A stretch of DNA of 64,000 nt, from the NCBI GenBank assembly GCA_003427395.1, contig BFEA01000001.1, positions 7,851,917 to 7,915,916 on the forward strand, in the 5' to 3' direction. Under the pieces are notes generated by a model that had not been told where the DNA came from, searched no databases, and saw only the letters and a list, made by a program, of their open reading frames with translations. Of the stretch, positions 24,401 through 38,900 are shown piece after piece. Position numbers and translations under genes: made by a program. How positions within the stretch are numbered: the stretch's first letter is position 1; every line of letters begins with the position of its first letter. This stretch comes from Chara braunii. Taxonomy: Eukaryota > Plantae > Charophyceae.

Positions 24401-27400
24401 AGGCGTCAGTCGAGATGCAGTGTCAGCAGCAAGGGGGGGGTGGTGAGTGGGGTACATAGGGATAAGGGGAATCAGGAGGGGTGAGAAACATTTGAGGAAC
24501 TACAGCTCCAACTGTAAAATTTGATGCATCGGTGGTGACTATGAAGGGGTGATCAAAATTGGGGAGGCGAACAACCGGCTCACATTTCGCCGTCTTCTTG
24601 AGGGTGCGAAAAACATCATCGCAGGTGAGTTTCCAAAACCATGGCGGGTTCTTCCAGAGGAGGATGGGGGTAAGGACGTAGGAATAGATGTGTATCCTCG
24701 GATGAAGTTACTGTAGTAACTCGTGAGTCCAAGAAAACTGCGAAGCTGCTTGGTGAATGTGGGGATGACCCACTCCTCAATAACAGTGATTTCCGCTTCG
24801 TCCATGTGGTGACCGTGGTTAGATACACGGTGTCCTAAGAAGTCCACTTAATGTTGGACAAAGCGGCATTTGCTGAGTTTGGCATAAAAGTCATGCTTGC
24901 ATAAGCGTTGTAGTACATTGCAAAGGTATATGAGGTGGTCTTCTAAGGTACGACTGTAGACAAAAAATTAATCCAGGTATGCGAGAATATATTTTTCAAG
25001 GATGTCTTTGAAGATATCGTTCATCGTCGTCTGGAAGGTGGCGTGTGCGTTGGTGAGGCCAAAGGGCATCACCGTGAACTCGTAGTGGCCGCACCGTGAT
25101 GTAAAAGTGGTCTATGGTTGGTCCTCTGCAGCAACGTGGAGTTGGTGGTAACCGCTACGAAGATCAATCTTTGTAAAGAAGCGGTTGTCTGCCAGATGAA
25201 CAAACAACTCATCGACACGAGGCATGGGATAGTTGTTCTTAACCATGTAAAAGTTGAGGCCGTGATAATCAATGTAGAGGTAGAGGGTTTCGTCCGTTCT
25301 GTGAGCTAAGAGGACAGGTGCAACTTAGGGGGAATTACTGGGTTTAATGAAACCTAGTAGAAGGAGCTCCTCAAGTTGACGCTTGAGTTTCGTCGCCTCT
25401 AGAATTGAGAGTCGATAGGGTGCCTAATGATAGACACGATAGTCAGATACGATCTGGATGGAATACTCAATACCGCACATCGGGATAGATTTTGTTGTAT
25501 AAGAAATATGAGTGAAAAACATCGCAGTATTCTCGAATCAGACCATGAACGAGGGGCTCTAAGTCGACCGTGAACTGCGCGAGTTCTAAGCGTGTGCGTC
25601 AATATGAGACATACGTGTGGACTTGTCAATAGACGGTGGAGGAGCCTGAGATGTCGAAGGGGTATCCGCTGGTTGAGGGGTGGATGTAGAGATGAGAGCC
25701 ACGGAAATGGAGGAAGAGTCAGGGGGATCGGGTTCCAAGGAGATGATCTCAACGTTTGTACAGAGGGGATCATACTGAAGAAGAATCACAGTGTTCACTG
25801 AATAGAGGGTGACGTCCTCAGGACGTAGGAAGTGAGTGAAGTGGCGAAGGGTGGTGAAGGCAATGTCTGGGTGGGACGCGGAAGGACGAGGGTCATGGGG
25901 AAGGTAGGTCGGGAGGGGTATCGCCCGTGGTGCCAATGAAGAAGACTCGATAGGTGAGACCACACATCGTTTTGAGAACGAGTGTCTCGGTAGCCCATTG
26001 GGCCTCTGTGTCACGGAACTTGCGAGACCAAGGAGTGTCAAGGATAACGTCGTACTCATTTTCCAAAACGTCGAAGTATGCGGAGAAATGGTAGTGCGTT
26101 GAGGTGCTTAGGTACTATCCGGTGGCTGGAGGGTGAGGCAAAAGTGGAGGTCGGCGACCGTCTGATCGAAGAAGCGTTGAGTGTTATTATCTTCGAGGGT
26201 AATGGAGATAGGAGAGCGGTGCGTGGTCGGAAGAAATCTCCCTGCGAGCCGAGTCTCATAAAGCACGGTACACCCTCATAGATGTCCCCAGACGAATACG
26301 AATGATAGAAAGGGTGCAATCAGGGTTTGAAAGCAGAGCGAGAAGACAACGCATGACGTTAATATATCTCGTAAGTCGTTCCTGAGGAGCCTGAAGAATG
26401 CTCAAATCCCAGAGGGAGGACACAACATTCTTATATGTCGTCAACTGAGCACTACAACGAGCTGTGCAAATGGTGTGACGCGTCGGAAGTCTCGGAGGGG
26501 AAGGATTAAATACGACGGCCTGCTGTGGGGCAACTGATACCTCGACAAATGACAATGTAGAGGGAACTACGTCTGTCTTGTCCTGAGGAACCTTTGGGGT
26601 GGTAGCCAAATGGGCAAACTACGAGTCGGTGGTCGGGAAGCCGCCTTAGTGGTACATTGCACCGTGGATAGCTGGATGAGACTAGCCGTGGGCAGGGCCG
26701 GGGTGGGACAGCGATCGACGCTGACGAGAAATGTCACCATATTCTCGATCGAGGGCGGCATGGTATGAACACCGCGAGGAGGTGTATCAATCTTGACGTC
26801 AATGAAGGCAACTGTGATGGGCCTTGAGGGCGGCACACTCCTTAGGGGATACGGTTCCGTGAGGACGGACAAAACCCTGTGGGGTGTCCACCTGAGGAAC
26901 AATGAACGTGCGGGTGCCAGCGTGTGCAAACCGACTGCGAGAACGGCCCATGACGAACATAGCCATCTACGAGCGGTCGGCCATCAGGACAGTCTCGTCA
27001 TCCGAGTGATACTGGATGACATCCCGGAGCTTGAGGTCCTCAGGGGCGTCCCCAAGGGTAGGGTCGACGTGTGTCGTAAAGCCGTCTCCGTACTCGAGCG
27101 AACTGTAGCGCCGAGATAATGACGCTCCAGGCCGATCTGAGCGACGAAAGAGGCCGACGAAAGAGGAACATCCTCGGGTGTGTTGCCGCGTGACTAGGTG
27201 GTGGTGGCGGGTCGCGAAGAGGACGGGGTGTCGGAGAAGCGACTCCAGATCCTCTAGTATTGTCGATAAGCCTCGTAGGCCTGCTCTGTGGACGCGAAGG
27301 TTTGCCGCCAGAGCTCGATGCGGTAGTGAGTTGGAAGATTGACAACAAACTGGTCGATGAGAATGACCTCTAGCAAGAACGTCTTATCGCAGGTAAGGCG

Positions 27401-29077
27401 AGCGTCCGGAAACACCCGGATGTGACGCTCTATATCTTCTGGTGCAGAGGACCTGAATCATCGGATCTGGGTGACCTGATCTAAGGCGTTCGTCGTATCG
27501 TTCCGAGCGCCATAGCGGTCCTGAAAAAAGGCGGTGAAGTCCGCGAAAGTGGGAACGTCACCCTTGCGGACGCAATGGGTATAAAACCATACAATAACTC
27601 TCCCATGTAGTGAAAGGGCCGCCTCAGAATTTAGTTGCGAGCAAAGAGCACCACAACTCCCGACTAGTGTATGTTAGCGTCAGCGAGTGCGTCGCTGTGT
27701 GCAACCTATGCGACACACAAAGTGTGTCATCACAATCAGGTATATCAAATAAACGCACAAGGGGGGGACCACTGTGCTGACAGTGAGGGGAGAGAGGCCG
27801 AGATGCTGGCACTACGGCGGCAAGTGTCGGGGCCAGTGCAGGGGTGAAAGTGAAGACAAATTGTGGGCCGTGGCTGCTGGCAGAAGGTTAAACAAAGGTG
27901 GAGGCAACGACCGCAGACACCTTTGACGGAGTGTCAAGGTAGGAGGGTAGAGGTGGAGGAACAGGTCGAGAGAAGCGAGCTTGCAAGACCGAAGTGTGAG
28001 AGGCACTGACGAAAGATGGAGGGTGAGGAATCTGTGACGGGTTAGGATGTCTTAAGGTGAGTATCTCTGCCTATATATGCACCATGGTGGCCTGCAAGGT
28101 AGCCACTCGCTGGGTGCGCGGGGTCGGAGGTGGAGGAGTCGGGGGGTGATGAAGTGTAGGGTGTCATGAAGTGGGAGTGAGGAGACAGAGGGAGGAGGTT
28201 GGACTCCGAGCCGTAATTCGTCACCGGTGCGGAAAGTTGAGAAAAAACACTGGGTGGGTAGGTGAGACTGTGTGGTTAGATACCGGTATGTTGGTGGCAG
28301 CACCTACGGTAATGTTCGAAGCGGCTGGGGTGGGGGGGGGCGATAAAGGTGCCGCAACGGACGGGGTGGTCTGAGTGGCAGTGACACTCACGAATGCAGA
28401 GGGGGAATGCTGAGCATGACCCGCGGAGGAGGAGGAACCACCACGTCTCCATGTCTGAAGGCGTGGGTGGGAGCCAGGAGGGGATGAAGTGTGGGAGCGG
28501 TGGGGAGAGCGATGAGGAGAACGCTTGATGTGATGGACGTCAAGGGCGAGCACATTAAGTTGCGGTTGCATGGGTGCAAGCGCATCGAGTCGCGCTTGCA
28601 TAGGTGCAAGGAAGACTGCAAGGATGGACTCAAGGTCTGTAGGGGTCTGACCGAGGACTGCTGGCTGAATGACCGCCTAAAAGTTGGATGGCGCCGCATC
28701 GATCTCTCGGATGTACTCCTATCCATGTATGGTGGAAGGATGGGGGTAGATATGGTGGGAGGTGGAGAAAGAGGTGAGAAAAGAGGTGGGCTGGTTTGTG
28801 AGGAATGGGGTTCACCGGTAAGAGGGAGGGGACCGTGAGAGCGAAGTAAGTAGTCGTGAGTCGGCTCACTCTACGACCAACGGATCGTGTGTGAGAGGAT
28901 GGCATGAAGCCGATCGAAGGGAGAATATCCGTTCGGGTCCGGGGTGCCCGACGGGAGGAGTCGGAAAAGGAGGGGGGGTTAGAAGAACCCTAAAAAACCC
29001 CTAACCGGAGATTGGAGGGTTAGGGTAGAATAACGTGGATCTAATCAAGAAAGATAATAATAACCATGAAGAGGAGA

Positions 29078-31454
29078 GGCAACAGCGAGCTTCCAAACGT
29101 GATCAGCAAGGTAGCCTGGGCATCGGTAATCCAACCCAAAGACAAAGGGGGTCTGGGGATCTTGGACTCGGATACCCAGATTGTAGCGTTAACTGTTCAA
29201 TGGGTGAGGAGAGTGCTCTTCACCCAACACCTCCCATGGTCTGCCTTGGCACTAGAACAGATTGCGCGTCTCGCCCCACAAGCGCCGCAAGGTGTTAACC
29301 CACTGACCTGGCTGGAGGACCGTTTCTGGACTGTGCCAAGGTGCCCTCGAAGAGACCGAGCCTAGTCCCGAGACGGAGCTCGTTTTGATTTGGTCTGGGA
29401 TGATTTTTGGGTTCGAGTCTTAGAGGTTTGGTGTCAACTCCCGCTGCCTGATAGACCTCCGCCGATAAGGCGGGAGGAGGTGATGCATCAGCCTCTCTTC
29501 GGGATAAGGAGGATTACTGACAGAAACAGCAGGGTATATCGTAGCTCAGACACCCCATGGAGCAGCTGGGTCAAAAGAGGTATAATCAAAATAAAAGGCA
29601 TATGAGACTTAGAAAAAGGGGACTGGAAAACGGAGCCGCAATTAAAGACCATGTTAAAACATTGTCACAAGGTCTAAGAAAATCTAGACCTATTGATCTT
29701 CGCGGTCCCCCTGAACTGGGTGCGTATACTGCGCAAAGGACAACAACTAATTGAAGGGGATTGGGTAGCCACCACAGGGGATCCTGAAAGTGTAGGCAAT
29801 GTGGTAGAGGTACGAACAGACAAGACACTGGTCAACCTCTTCCACATTGACAAGGATAATGTGCTTACCTGATATAGCCCAGAGGCAATTAGATGGTGGA
29901 GAAACATGGACCTGCACAGGATCCGGGTGCTGTGAGAGAAAGATGTGTGGGTAGCATACCAGCCAAAGACCCCTGTGGCGGAACTCTCCTTCGACCCCGA
30001 TGAATGGCAATGGGCCCCCCGACGAAAATCCAGAACGTGAGAGAACCGAAAACTGTACATTTTAATGGTGAAGGCCACATACCGGCTGTTACGACCCAAG
30101 GTGAACATAAAAGAAATGGTGAAGGCTCGGTGGAGGTCTCACTTAAATGTAGGAATGGAGGCATTCTGCCCCATCCGATGGTTTACCGCCAGAAAGTCTA
30201 GGCCAGCGAAGATGGCCTCGCTGCAGTGACAGATTGAACATCGTTGCCTGCCCATGAATAATTGGCTGATCGAGCGAACACAGTTGGAACAAAAGGGGCA
30301 GGTGTTGCCGTGGTGTAAATCGTGCCACACTGTGTTCCCTTCCCGTAGAATCCCGGAAACTATAGAACACATATTCATGCAGTGTCTAGGGGCAGTTCTC
30401 ACGTGACGATGGTGGGACAAGATTTGAACCCTACTAGCGACATAGTCTAACTGGCCATGGGACTGGATGGCCATATTATGTGAAGCATGGTCCTCCCCCA
30501 CCGACAATAATTTTGAAAACAACATGTTCATGTTAGGGAGAAGGGCGGTGATGTGGTCCCTCTAGAGAAAACGTTGTACATATACCATTGAGGGTGTCCG
30601 CATAGATGGGAAAGAGGTAACAGAGACAATAAAGCAATATATTCAGAAAGAACTTATGGTACAATGGCATAAGGTTAAAAATTGTCTTGACTTGTTTCAC
30701 TAAGCACAAGATATAACACGAACAATTTATCAATTCTTTGGGACTGGTTGGGCAGTGAGAAGGGGGGCTGGATTATAGGTGTTAGATGGGATGGAGAGCC
30801 TGCCCAGGGGTGCAGCCAGGATCTGCTTCAAGGATTGGACTACAGCGGGTTAAGGAACCCCGCTGCGACCTGCAACAAAATTTCTCGATCCCTTTCCGCC
30901 TCACCAGCTGGCAATGGTGGACGTGCAATGGTATAAAGCGGATTGAATGGGCAATACAAGACAACTACAGAGCGGACTGGCACCCAGAGGAACAGGGAGC
31001 TGTGAGCAGGGTAGAAAGAGTGATCTGGCGGGTACAAGGCAATCAATGCTAGTAGTTGAGTGTATAATGAGATGTTGCGAGCAGGGTAGAAAGAGTGATC
31101 TGGCGGGTACAGGGCAATCAATGCTGGTAGTGTATAACGGGATGCTGTGGCAAAAAAAGGGGTGGGAGGAACTAAGATGTAACAACAGGTATCTAGCGCT
31201 AGGTTCAGGGTGAAGAGGTTCCTCCCTGTCTCTTATACACATCTAGATGTGTATAAGAGACAGGTAATCAATGCTGGTAGGGATGTTCCACATCTTTGTT
31301 TTTCTTATATGGTTCGAATTTTGTCCATGTAAGGGACGCTGGACCCGTTTTCCGACATATCGCTCCCCACCAATAGATGGAGTCTTCCCCCAGGTGTTAG
31401 TGGTGTCTGCTCTTATCAGCACCACTAGCACTGATGGGGGTGTGTTGTTTAAAA

Positions 31455-31488
<34 letters not shown>
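29078..31488 (+). mobile_element. 5'-truncated L1/Tx1-type LINE
   Basis: KVAWASVIQPKDKGGLGILD post-RT motif; C..C...ETIEHIFMQC zinc finger (~30310-30385); (TAAA)n tail; TSD AAGAGGAGA at 29069-29077 and 31489-31497. Confidence 0.85.
31226..31263. other. Nextera mate-pair junction adapter (Tn5 mosaic ends); assembly contamination
   Basis: Exact CTGTCTCTTATACACATCT+AGATGTGTATAAGAGACAG. Confidence 0.98.
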
Positions 31489-31489
<1 letters not shown>

Positions 31490-32499
31490 AGAGGAGAAAG
31501 AAAAAAAACAAAATTTTAAAATAAATAAATAAATAAACAAAAGTTGAGGAGAAAAAAAATATTATTTTTTTTGAAATTTTTATCAACATTTCTCCACCCC
31601 CAAAGGTTCAAAAATGTACCTAGCGGAAGGAGAGACCAAAAAAAGCAAAGTGCACAATAAGTTTCACAATGCCGCAAATTAAAATTTTCAGAAAACTAAA
31701 CAAAGAAAATAGCATAGTAGGAAGGTGTCACAGTGGTAATCTTCACACTTGACTATGTGAGATTTTTATTTAGTGTGAGTTCTCTCATTTTATTTTTTTA
31801 TTACGTGCAAGCGCACGACTTGACTTGAAAGTTGAAGATCAAGATTTATTGACTTTTTTTTTTTATGGTGCTCTCTGCATTAGTTTCACCCTTTTGACGC
31901 TAGATACTTAAAATAAGTAAATAAACTACCAAATACTTAAAGTATAAATATATTAATTTTTTAATGATATATTCATAAAAATATTTAAATATTTATAAAT
32001 AGTTTTTAACTTCATAAACTATAAAAATAAAATTATTTTAATCTTTAATGATTGTTACTTATTTTCAACGTTAATTTTAATGGAATGATTACCACGAATA
32101 TAAGCGCAAAGGTTACAATCAATAAATGAATATTGAGTGACATAGTATCGCAGAAACTTCGAAAAGACTTAAAGACCACACCTCGTACTGGAGGTAAGAA
32201 CTTTTTTTTTAAAAAAAATTAAATCTATAAAAATATTTGTTTCAAACTTTTGGTAGAAATTAATATGACATTTGGATTAAACTAATAAGTTGGTACATAA
32301 TACATATTGTAATAGTACAATTTTCTTATTAAAGGGTTAAGCTTCATGTTTATTAGATGAAATTTAGGAAGTATTAAATTTGGGCAACACGACGTACGTG
32401 TACGCGCAACTTCCAGTATGCGACACGTACGCACAAACACAATATTGTCATACGTGGGAATACGTTCAATAAAACAAAAAAAACGAAAAAACATTCAAA

Positions 32500-33900
32500 C
32501 AGAAATATTTTATGCAAAATGATATTTCAAAAAACTTTTGTCGGAGACGCATCTCAAATTATTGTACCAAGTTCTCTCTTTTCACTTTTTGTTTTTCCTT
32601 TATTTCGGGGCGTAAAATAATTTATTAGTTTTTCAAACTTTATTCGTAGGTTCTCTGTTATGTAAGATACACATATATAAATTTTCTAGGCATTTGTCAC
32701 AGCCAAAAAAAAATGAAAAATCGCCAAAGATGGTTGTATCAAAAACGTGCTCGCCCACTCAACAATTAATTCTCCTTTATTTTTTTTAATTTTTATTATT
32801 ATTATTTATTTTTAGTATTTGATTTTTATTTCAAATTTGGTAAAGAATTTTGGATAAGGCAAATGTTGTTTAGTTTATTCTTTTGCAGAACATATTTGTT
32901 TTTGAGATTTTTTTTTATTTTTTATTTATTTATTTTTTTTTTTTATTCGCGTTCGACCGAACGGCCGAACGCGTCGAGAGGGGGTGCCGAACATTTGGGC
33001 GTTCGGGGTTCGGGCGTTCGTCTTGTCCCGAACGCCGACAACCCTGTATATATATATATATATATATTTGTGATGATATATATATATATATATATATAAA
33101 CATGTTTACCTGACCGAACGTTCGGGGTCCCCCGGGCTGGCCCCCGAACGTTCGGGCGTTCGGGGTCCCGTTCGGGGGCCGAACATCTCCAGGTTCTGCC
33201 CCCGCCAAAAAATTATTCGGGGCCTAAAAATAAGTTTGTTTTTCTGAATTGTTTTTTGTGAGTTCTCTATGATGTAACCTACACGCCTATAAATTTTGAA
33301 GCCATTTTGCTCAGCCATAACAACATTAAAAATCGTCAAAGATGGGGGTGTCAAAACGTGCTCTCCCACTCACTATTTTGTTTTTTTTCACTTTTAACTT
33401 TTTGTTTTCACTTTATTTCGGGGCCTTAACAAATTTATTACTTTTTGATAAATTTTTAATGAGTTATTGATTATGTAAATTACATATCTGTAAATTTTCA
33501 GGGCATTTGTCAATGCCAAAAAATAATGAAAAATCGACAAAGATGGCGGTGTCGAAAAGGTGCTGGCACACTCACTCATTTTAATTCTTTTTTTTTTTTT
33601 TTTTTTTNNNNNNNNNNNNNNNNNNNNNNNNNNNNNNNNNNNNNNNNNNNNNNNNNNNNNNNNNNNNNNNNNNNNNNNNNNNNNNNNNNNNNNNNNNCGG
33701 GCGTTCGGGTTCGGGCGTTCGGCCCGTCCCGAACGTCGGCAACCCTGTATACATATATAAATTAGAATTTTTATTTTACATTTGGTAAATGATTTGGATG
33801 TGACCCTAAGGGAAAAGTTGTTCCGTTTATTTCTCTGCATAACATAGTTTTGTTTTGGATTTTTTAGATTTTTTTTTTTTTTTTTTTTGGGCTGGGACAT
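32500..33900. mobile_element. Cluster of MITE copies of the 34142-34906 family in the opposite orientation
   Basis: GTTCGG/CCGAAC subterminal motifs; ends CATGTTTACCTG (33101), ACAACCCTG (33046) and GGCAACCCTG (33747). Outer boundaries are approximate. Confidence 0.65.
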
Positions 33901-34141
33901 TCCCTGTTTCTTTCACGGTCGGGTCACGTGGTAAAATACAGTGACCCGAGCGGCCTGGCTGGTAGTCTAGCAAAAAAAAGAAAAAAATGAAAACAAAATT
34001 TTGTTACAAATGTATGTTATGTAGAATTATGATAAAAAAAAACAAATTCCCAGGAGTCATCCCCGAATTCCCAACCAAACTCGAGTAAAAAATCAACAAC
34101 TTGCAGAAGGTAATATTAATAATTTAATATATTATCATAAT

Positions 34142-34906
34142 TAGGGTGACCGGCGTTCGGGATGGGCCGAACGCCCAGAACCCGAACGCTCAAACGTACG
34201 GGACCTCTTGGGGATGCGTTCGGTCATTCGGGCCGAACGTGGATCCAAAAAAACAAAAACAAAAAAAAATCAAAAAATAAAAAAAAATTGAAACACAACA
34301 TATGTTTTGCAGAAAACTAAACTAAACAACATTTGCATGAGCATTACATCCAAATTCCTTACCAAATTTGAAATAAAAATACAAAAAGGAAAATAAATAA
34401 AAAAAAATAAAAAGTGAAATTAGATAATTAAATTAGTGAGTGCGCAAACCCGTTTTCAACACTGTCATCTTTGGCGATTTTTCAATTTTTTTGGCATAGC
34501 CAAATGCCTTGCAACTTTACATATATGTACTTCATATAATATAAAACTCATGCAAAAAGTTAAAAAAAATAATAAAATATTTAAGGCACAAAAACAAAAT
34601 CACAACAAAAAGTGAAAAGTGAAAAATAAAAAGCAACTGAGTAGCCGATCACGTTTTAACACCGCCATCTTTAACGATTTTTCATTTTCGTTAGACTTGG
34701 CAAAATGCCTTGAAACTTTATATGTGTAACGCATGTCATACAGAACTTACCAAAAACCTTTCAACAAAACAAGATCATTTTTAGGCACCGAAATAATTTT
34801 TGGTGGGGGTTGAACCTCTTCAGGTCGACCCCCGAACGGAACCTTGAACGCTCGAATTTGCGGGGGTCAGCCCGGAGGTTCCCGAACGTTCGGCCTGGTA
34901 ACCATG
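34142..34906. mobile_element. Non-autonomous hAT-type MITE
   Basis: Perfect 8-bp TSD ATCATAAT, imperfect TIRs TAGGGTGACCGG...CTGGTAACCATG, and CCGAAC subterminal repeats. Confidence 0.85.
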
Positions 34907-35904
34907 ATCATAATAGTAAAAACATTATTTAAAAAAAAATTAGTTTGATTTTTATTCTTTTCAAGTTTTCTTCAAACGTTTTTATTTTTAACTCAAGCTT
35001 GGTTGGGAATTTAAGGATGACTCACATACAAAAATTGTTTGTATTCTTGATTTCCATCTTGGTTACCAGGTTCAGTTTAGGGAGCCTGGTATACTTGCAT
35101 GGCCTGGTAACCATGATCAGTTTAGGGAGCCTGATATACTGGGCGCACCTAGGTAATCTAGGTTTAATACTAGGTAACCTGGTAACCTAGATGAAGCAGC
35201 CTTGCATACTTCATCTAAGTGCGCCCAGTATACCAGCCTTGCATTATGTTGTGGAAATCAAGAATACAAACAATGCATTATGTTTGCATTTTGTTAGGCA
35301 CTCATACTGGGCGTACCTAGATGAAGCATGCAAGGCTGCCTAACTAGGGTGTGCGGGTCGACAGAGGGTAGAAAAAGTGATGGGTAAAGGAATCATGCAA
35401 ACGACTCCTAAGTGAGGAAAATCGGAGTTAGATCCGTAAGCTGGGAAGCCAGGGCAACGCTACGGTCCCGATGCCTATGCGTATACCAAGGGAGAGTCAA
35501 ACTAAGGGGAATCTGGCTAAGGGAGACCATCAGGCGACACAACCAAGGTATTGTACAAGGTAAGGCGGTAAGAGGGTGACAACGTCTGAAGTAGGGAGAG
35601 CTGATTGTGACGAAGTCTGTGAAGCTGCAAATGACGTCCATAATGAGAAGTTCGGAATGTTGTCGAGGAAGAGCCACAACGTCAACGAGCTGAAGTAAAA
35701 AATTGTTGTGGATGGAGTACCGAGAAGTCGAAGACGTGGGAAGAGAAGTCAGAGTCAATCGTCGTATCGAGCAGGACGGACGACGAGTGCGTTGTGGATG
35801 CTCAGAAGCATCTGGCTGCTGCTGAAGGCCTGCCTCAGATGGAGCAGGCTTGATTTCAACGGTCTCCTCAGCTGAGCTGAGGGAGAAGAAAGAGGGTCAG
35901 TGGA

Positions 35905-38900
35905 CTAAGGAGGAGCAGTCAATCCAGCACGACGAGCACGTTCATAGGCACGCACCAATATGTGAGCGTGTTGCAAGTGCTCGAGGGGCTTCCAAGTAGC
36001 CTCCTGATCAGGGTAACTCTTCCAACGTACGAGATATTCGACGTGAGGAGCGTTGTCGTTGGTGACTCGGCGACCAATGATGTCTGAAACGAGGAACTCC
36101 TCGTGACCGTCCACCATAATGGGTGGAGGGCGCTCGTATGGTCGTCCAACGAAACGCTCAGACGGTTTGTGGTAGGGATGCAGTAACGAGACGTAATAAA
36201 CATCGTGCACACGGGCCAGGCATAGGTAGTCGGGCGGCTTCACACGGAAGTTCACCGGGCTAGATGCCGTATTAGAACCGACGACCTTGAGAATGTAGCA
36301 TGAGCCAAAGAAGTGACGCCGAAACTTGCAAAGCGTGTCCGCTTCGAGCTGTAAGTGGCGGGCGTCAACAAACACATCATCACCAACTTTGAATGGATGA
36401 TCCATCCTCGATCCGTTCACATGTGCGGCCATGAGTGTCTGGGAAGCGGCTTTGTGGTCATGCCCAGACTGCATGATCGACGTCATGTATGCAACCCAAT
36501 CATCCAACGCGGGACAACTCGTGTCGGTGTGCAACTATGACGGTCGAAGGAAGTCCTCGGGAACATGAGGGTGATAGTCGAGGTCGGAATAGTAAGGCGA
36601 CATCCCTGTGGCTGGCGAGACGGTGTGGTTGTAGGCTATCTCCGCGTGGGCACGATGTATATCTCACTGTTGGTCGTAACGAACAATCTTTCGGAGAATA
36701 TCTCCGTGAGTCCTGTTCGTGACCTCGGTCTGACCATCAGTCTGGGGATGGTAAGACGAGGAGAAGCCCAGCTGTGTACCGTACACCTCGTGGAGTCGTC
36801 GCCAGAATCGGCTGGTAAAACGTAGTTCACGGTCAGATATGATGCTTAGAGGTAAGCCATGGTCACGCACGACTTGGTCAAACACGATGTCGACGACCTC
36901 ACGTGTATTGATGGCATAGCGGCATGGAACAAAGTGTGCGCGCTTGGTGAAGCAGTCGACGATGACCAGGATAGCATCATGACCGCGGGGGGTCGGAGGT
37001 CGAAGAGGACCGATAAAGTCCATCGAGATGGACTGCCAACGACCCTCAGGGATAGGAAGAGGCTGGAGCAAACCATAAGGTAGGTGGTTCGCACTGTTCA
37101 CCTCCTGACAGGGGGGACACTCTGCGACGTAGTCCTTCACAAAGTCCTTGCGCTTCGGCCAGACGTACAGGCGGCTCACACGAGCCAACGTCTTGTGGAA
37201 GCCCATATGACAGGCGGCTACCTGGTCTTGGAACTCTGCTACTGCTTGGACACGTAGCTCTGCAGTGGAGGGAACACAAATACGGGGCTCTTTGGTGCCT
37301 TGTGAACTGTGCCAGTACACAAGACCGTTGTCCCCGAGAGAGTAGTTCGAGACGGTCTTGCCACTCCGAAGGGTCGCATGGATGTCGCGATAGTCAGGGC
37401 ACTGGCGGTACTGAGTGCGAAACTCGTCGGTCACCGAGTGGTGGACGGTGGTGACCTAGATGGTAGCGAGCTGGATCTGCTCTAGATCATGGTCACGACG
37501 CCGGGATAAGGCATCTGCGACCTGATTGGTCTCACCCTTGATATGCTCAATGGTGAAACTAAACTCGGATAGGTCGTGCCATCAGCGAGCCTGTCGAGGA
37601 GTGAGCTTCCGTTTTGTCAGAAAAGCCTGGACAACAGAGTTGTCTATGCGCACCGTGAATGGTGCCCTGTGCAGGTAGTGACGCCCGTGCCGAGTGGCAT
37701 AAACTACTGCGAGAACCTCACGTTCATCAGCGGTGTAGTTTATCTCGACGGGCAGGAGCTGACGGAAGTAGAAGGCTATCGAACAATCACCTGAGCAAGA
37801 CTCGACAGTGTTGTCCTCGACGATGGTAGGAGAATAGTCAATAAAAGGCTCGTCAGTAGCTGGACGACTAGGCGTCAGGCGGGAAGCAGTTGTAAGGGTA
37901 GGAGGTGGGAAGTGAGGAATGCGAGGATGGGAGGAATCAGGAGAGGAGGGAAAAATCTGAGAAAGCACTGCGCCTACAACAAAGTCTGACGCATCGATGG
38001 TAATAATAAAGGGGCGATGAAAATCGGTTAGGTGGAGAACTGGTGCAAATGTCACCGTCTTCTTGAGGGCGTGGAAGGCGTCCTCGTGGAGGGGTGTCCA
38101 AACCCATAGCTGGTTCTTCCAAAGGAGGGTAGAGGTAAGGACATGCGAGTAGGAGGCGTAAGCTCAGATGAACTTACTGTAATAACTCGTAAGTCCAAGA
38201 CAACTGCGAAGCTGCTTGACGGACTTGGGGTTAGGCCAGTCCGCGATAGTAGTAATCTTTGAGTTGTCCATGTGGAGACCCTGGTCATACACGTAGTGTC
38301 CTAAGAAATTCTCTTTGCATTGGGCAAAACGACACTTGCTCAACTTGGCGTAGAAGTCATGTCTGCGCAAGTGGTCAAGAACGTCGCGGAGGTGTCTGAG
38401 ATGCTCCTCAACGGTACGACTGTAGATCAGGATATCGTCGAGGTAGACGAGAACGTACTGCTCCAAGATGTCCCTGAAGATGTTGTTCATCGTCGTCTGG
38501 AAGGTAGCGGGTACGTTAGAGGGGCCAAATGGCATCACCGTAAACTCATAGTGGTCGAAGTGTGATCGGAACGCTATCTTTGGGTGGTCCGCTGCAGCGA
38601 CGCGGATCTAATGGTAACCGCTACGAAGATTAATCTTCGTAAAGAAGCGGTTGCCCGCTAGGCAGTGGAACAGCTCGTCGGAATGAGGCATGGGGGTTGT
38701 TCTTAACCATGTAGCGGTTGAGACCACGAGGCAGAAACGGAGAGTTTCATCCGCTTTGCGAGCAAAGAAGACGGGTGCACTCCACGAGGAGTTGCTGGGT
38801 TTAATGAAACCCAGTCTCAGGAACTCCTCAAGCTGACGCTTGAGTTCGGTGGTCGGCGATCGAGAGTTCGTAGGGTGCATGGTGGTGAACACGATAGTCA

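Larger units (their letters stand above)
22908..31680 (-). mobile_element. Decayed Gypsy element (family B, copy 1): LTR end 22908-~23235, truncated INT, RH, RT, PR, gag and 5'UTR; interrupted by a LINE
   Basis: WQSISMDFVGPL and HHPQTDGQ (INT); MDFLGHRVS and LRSFLGLTSYY (RT); LGSQGDFF (PR); Pro/Ser-rich gag N-terminus. It is co-linear with 35400-42700. Confidence 0.88.

Noticed and set aside
31226-31263. Genuine Tn5/IS50 ends or bacterial horizontal transfer
   Set aside because: The sequence is the engineered mosaic end in mate-pair junction configuration.
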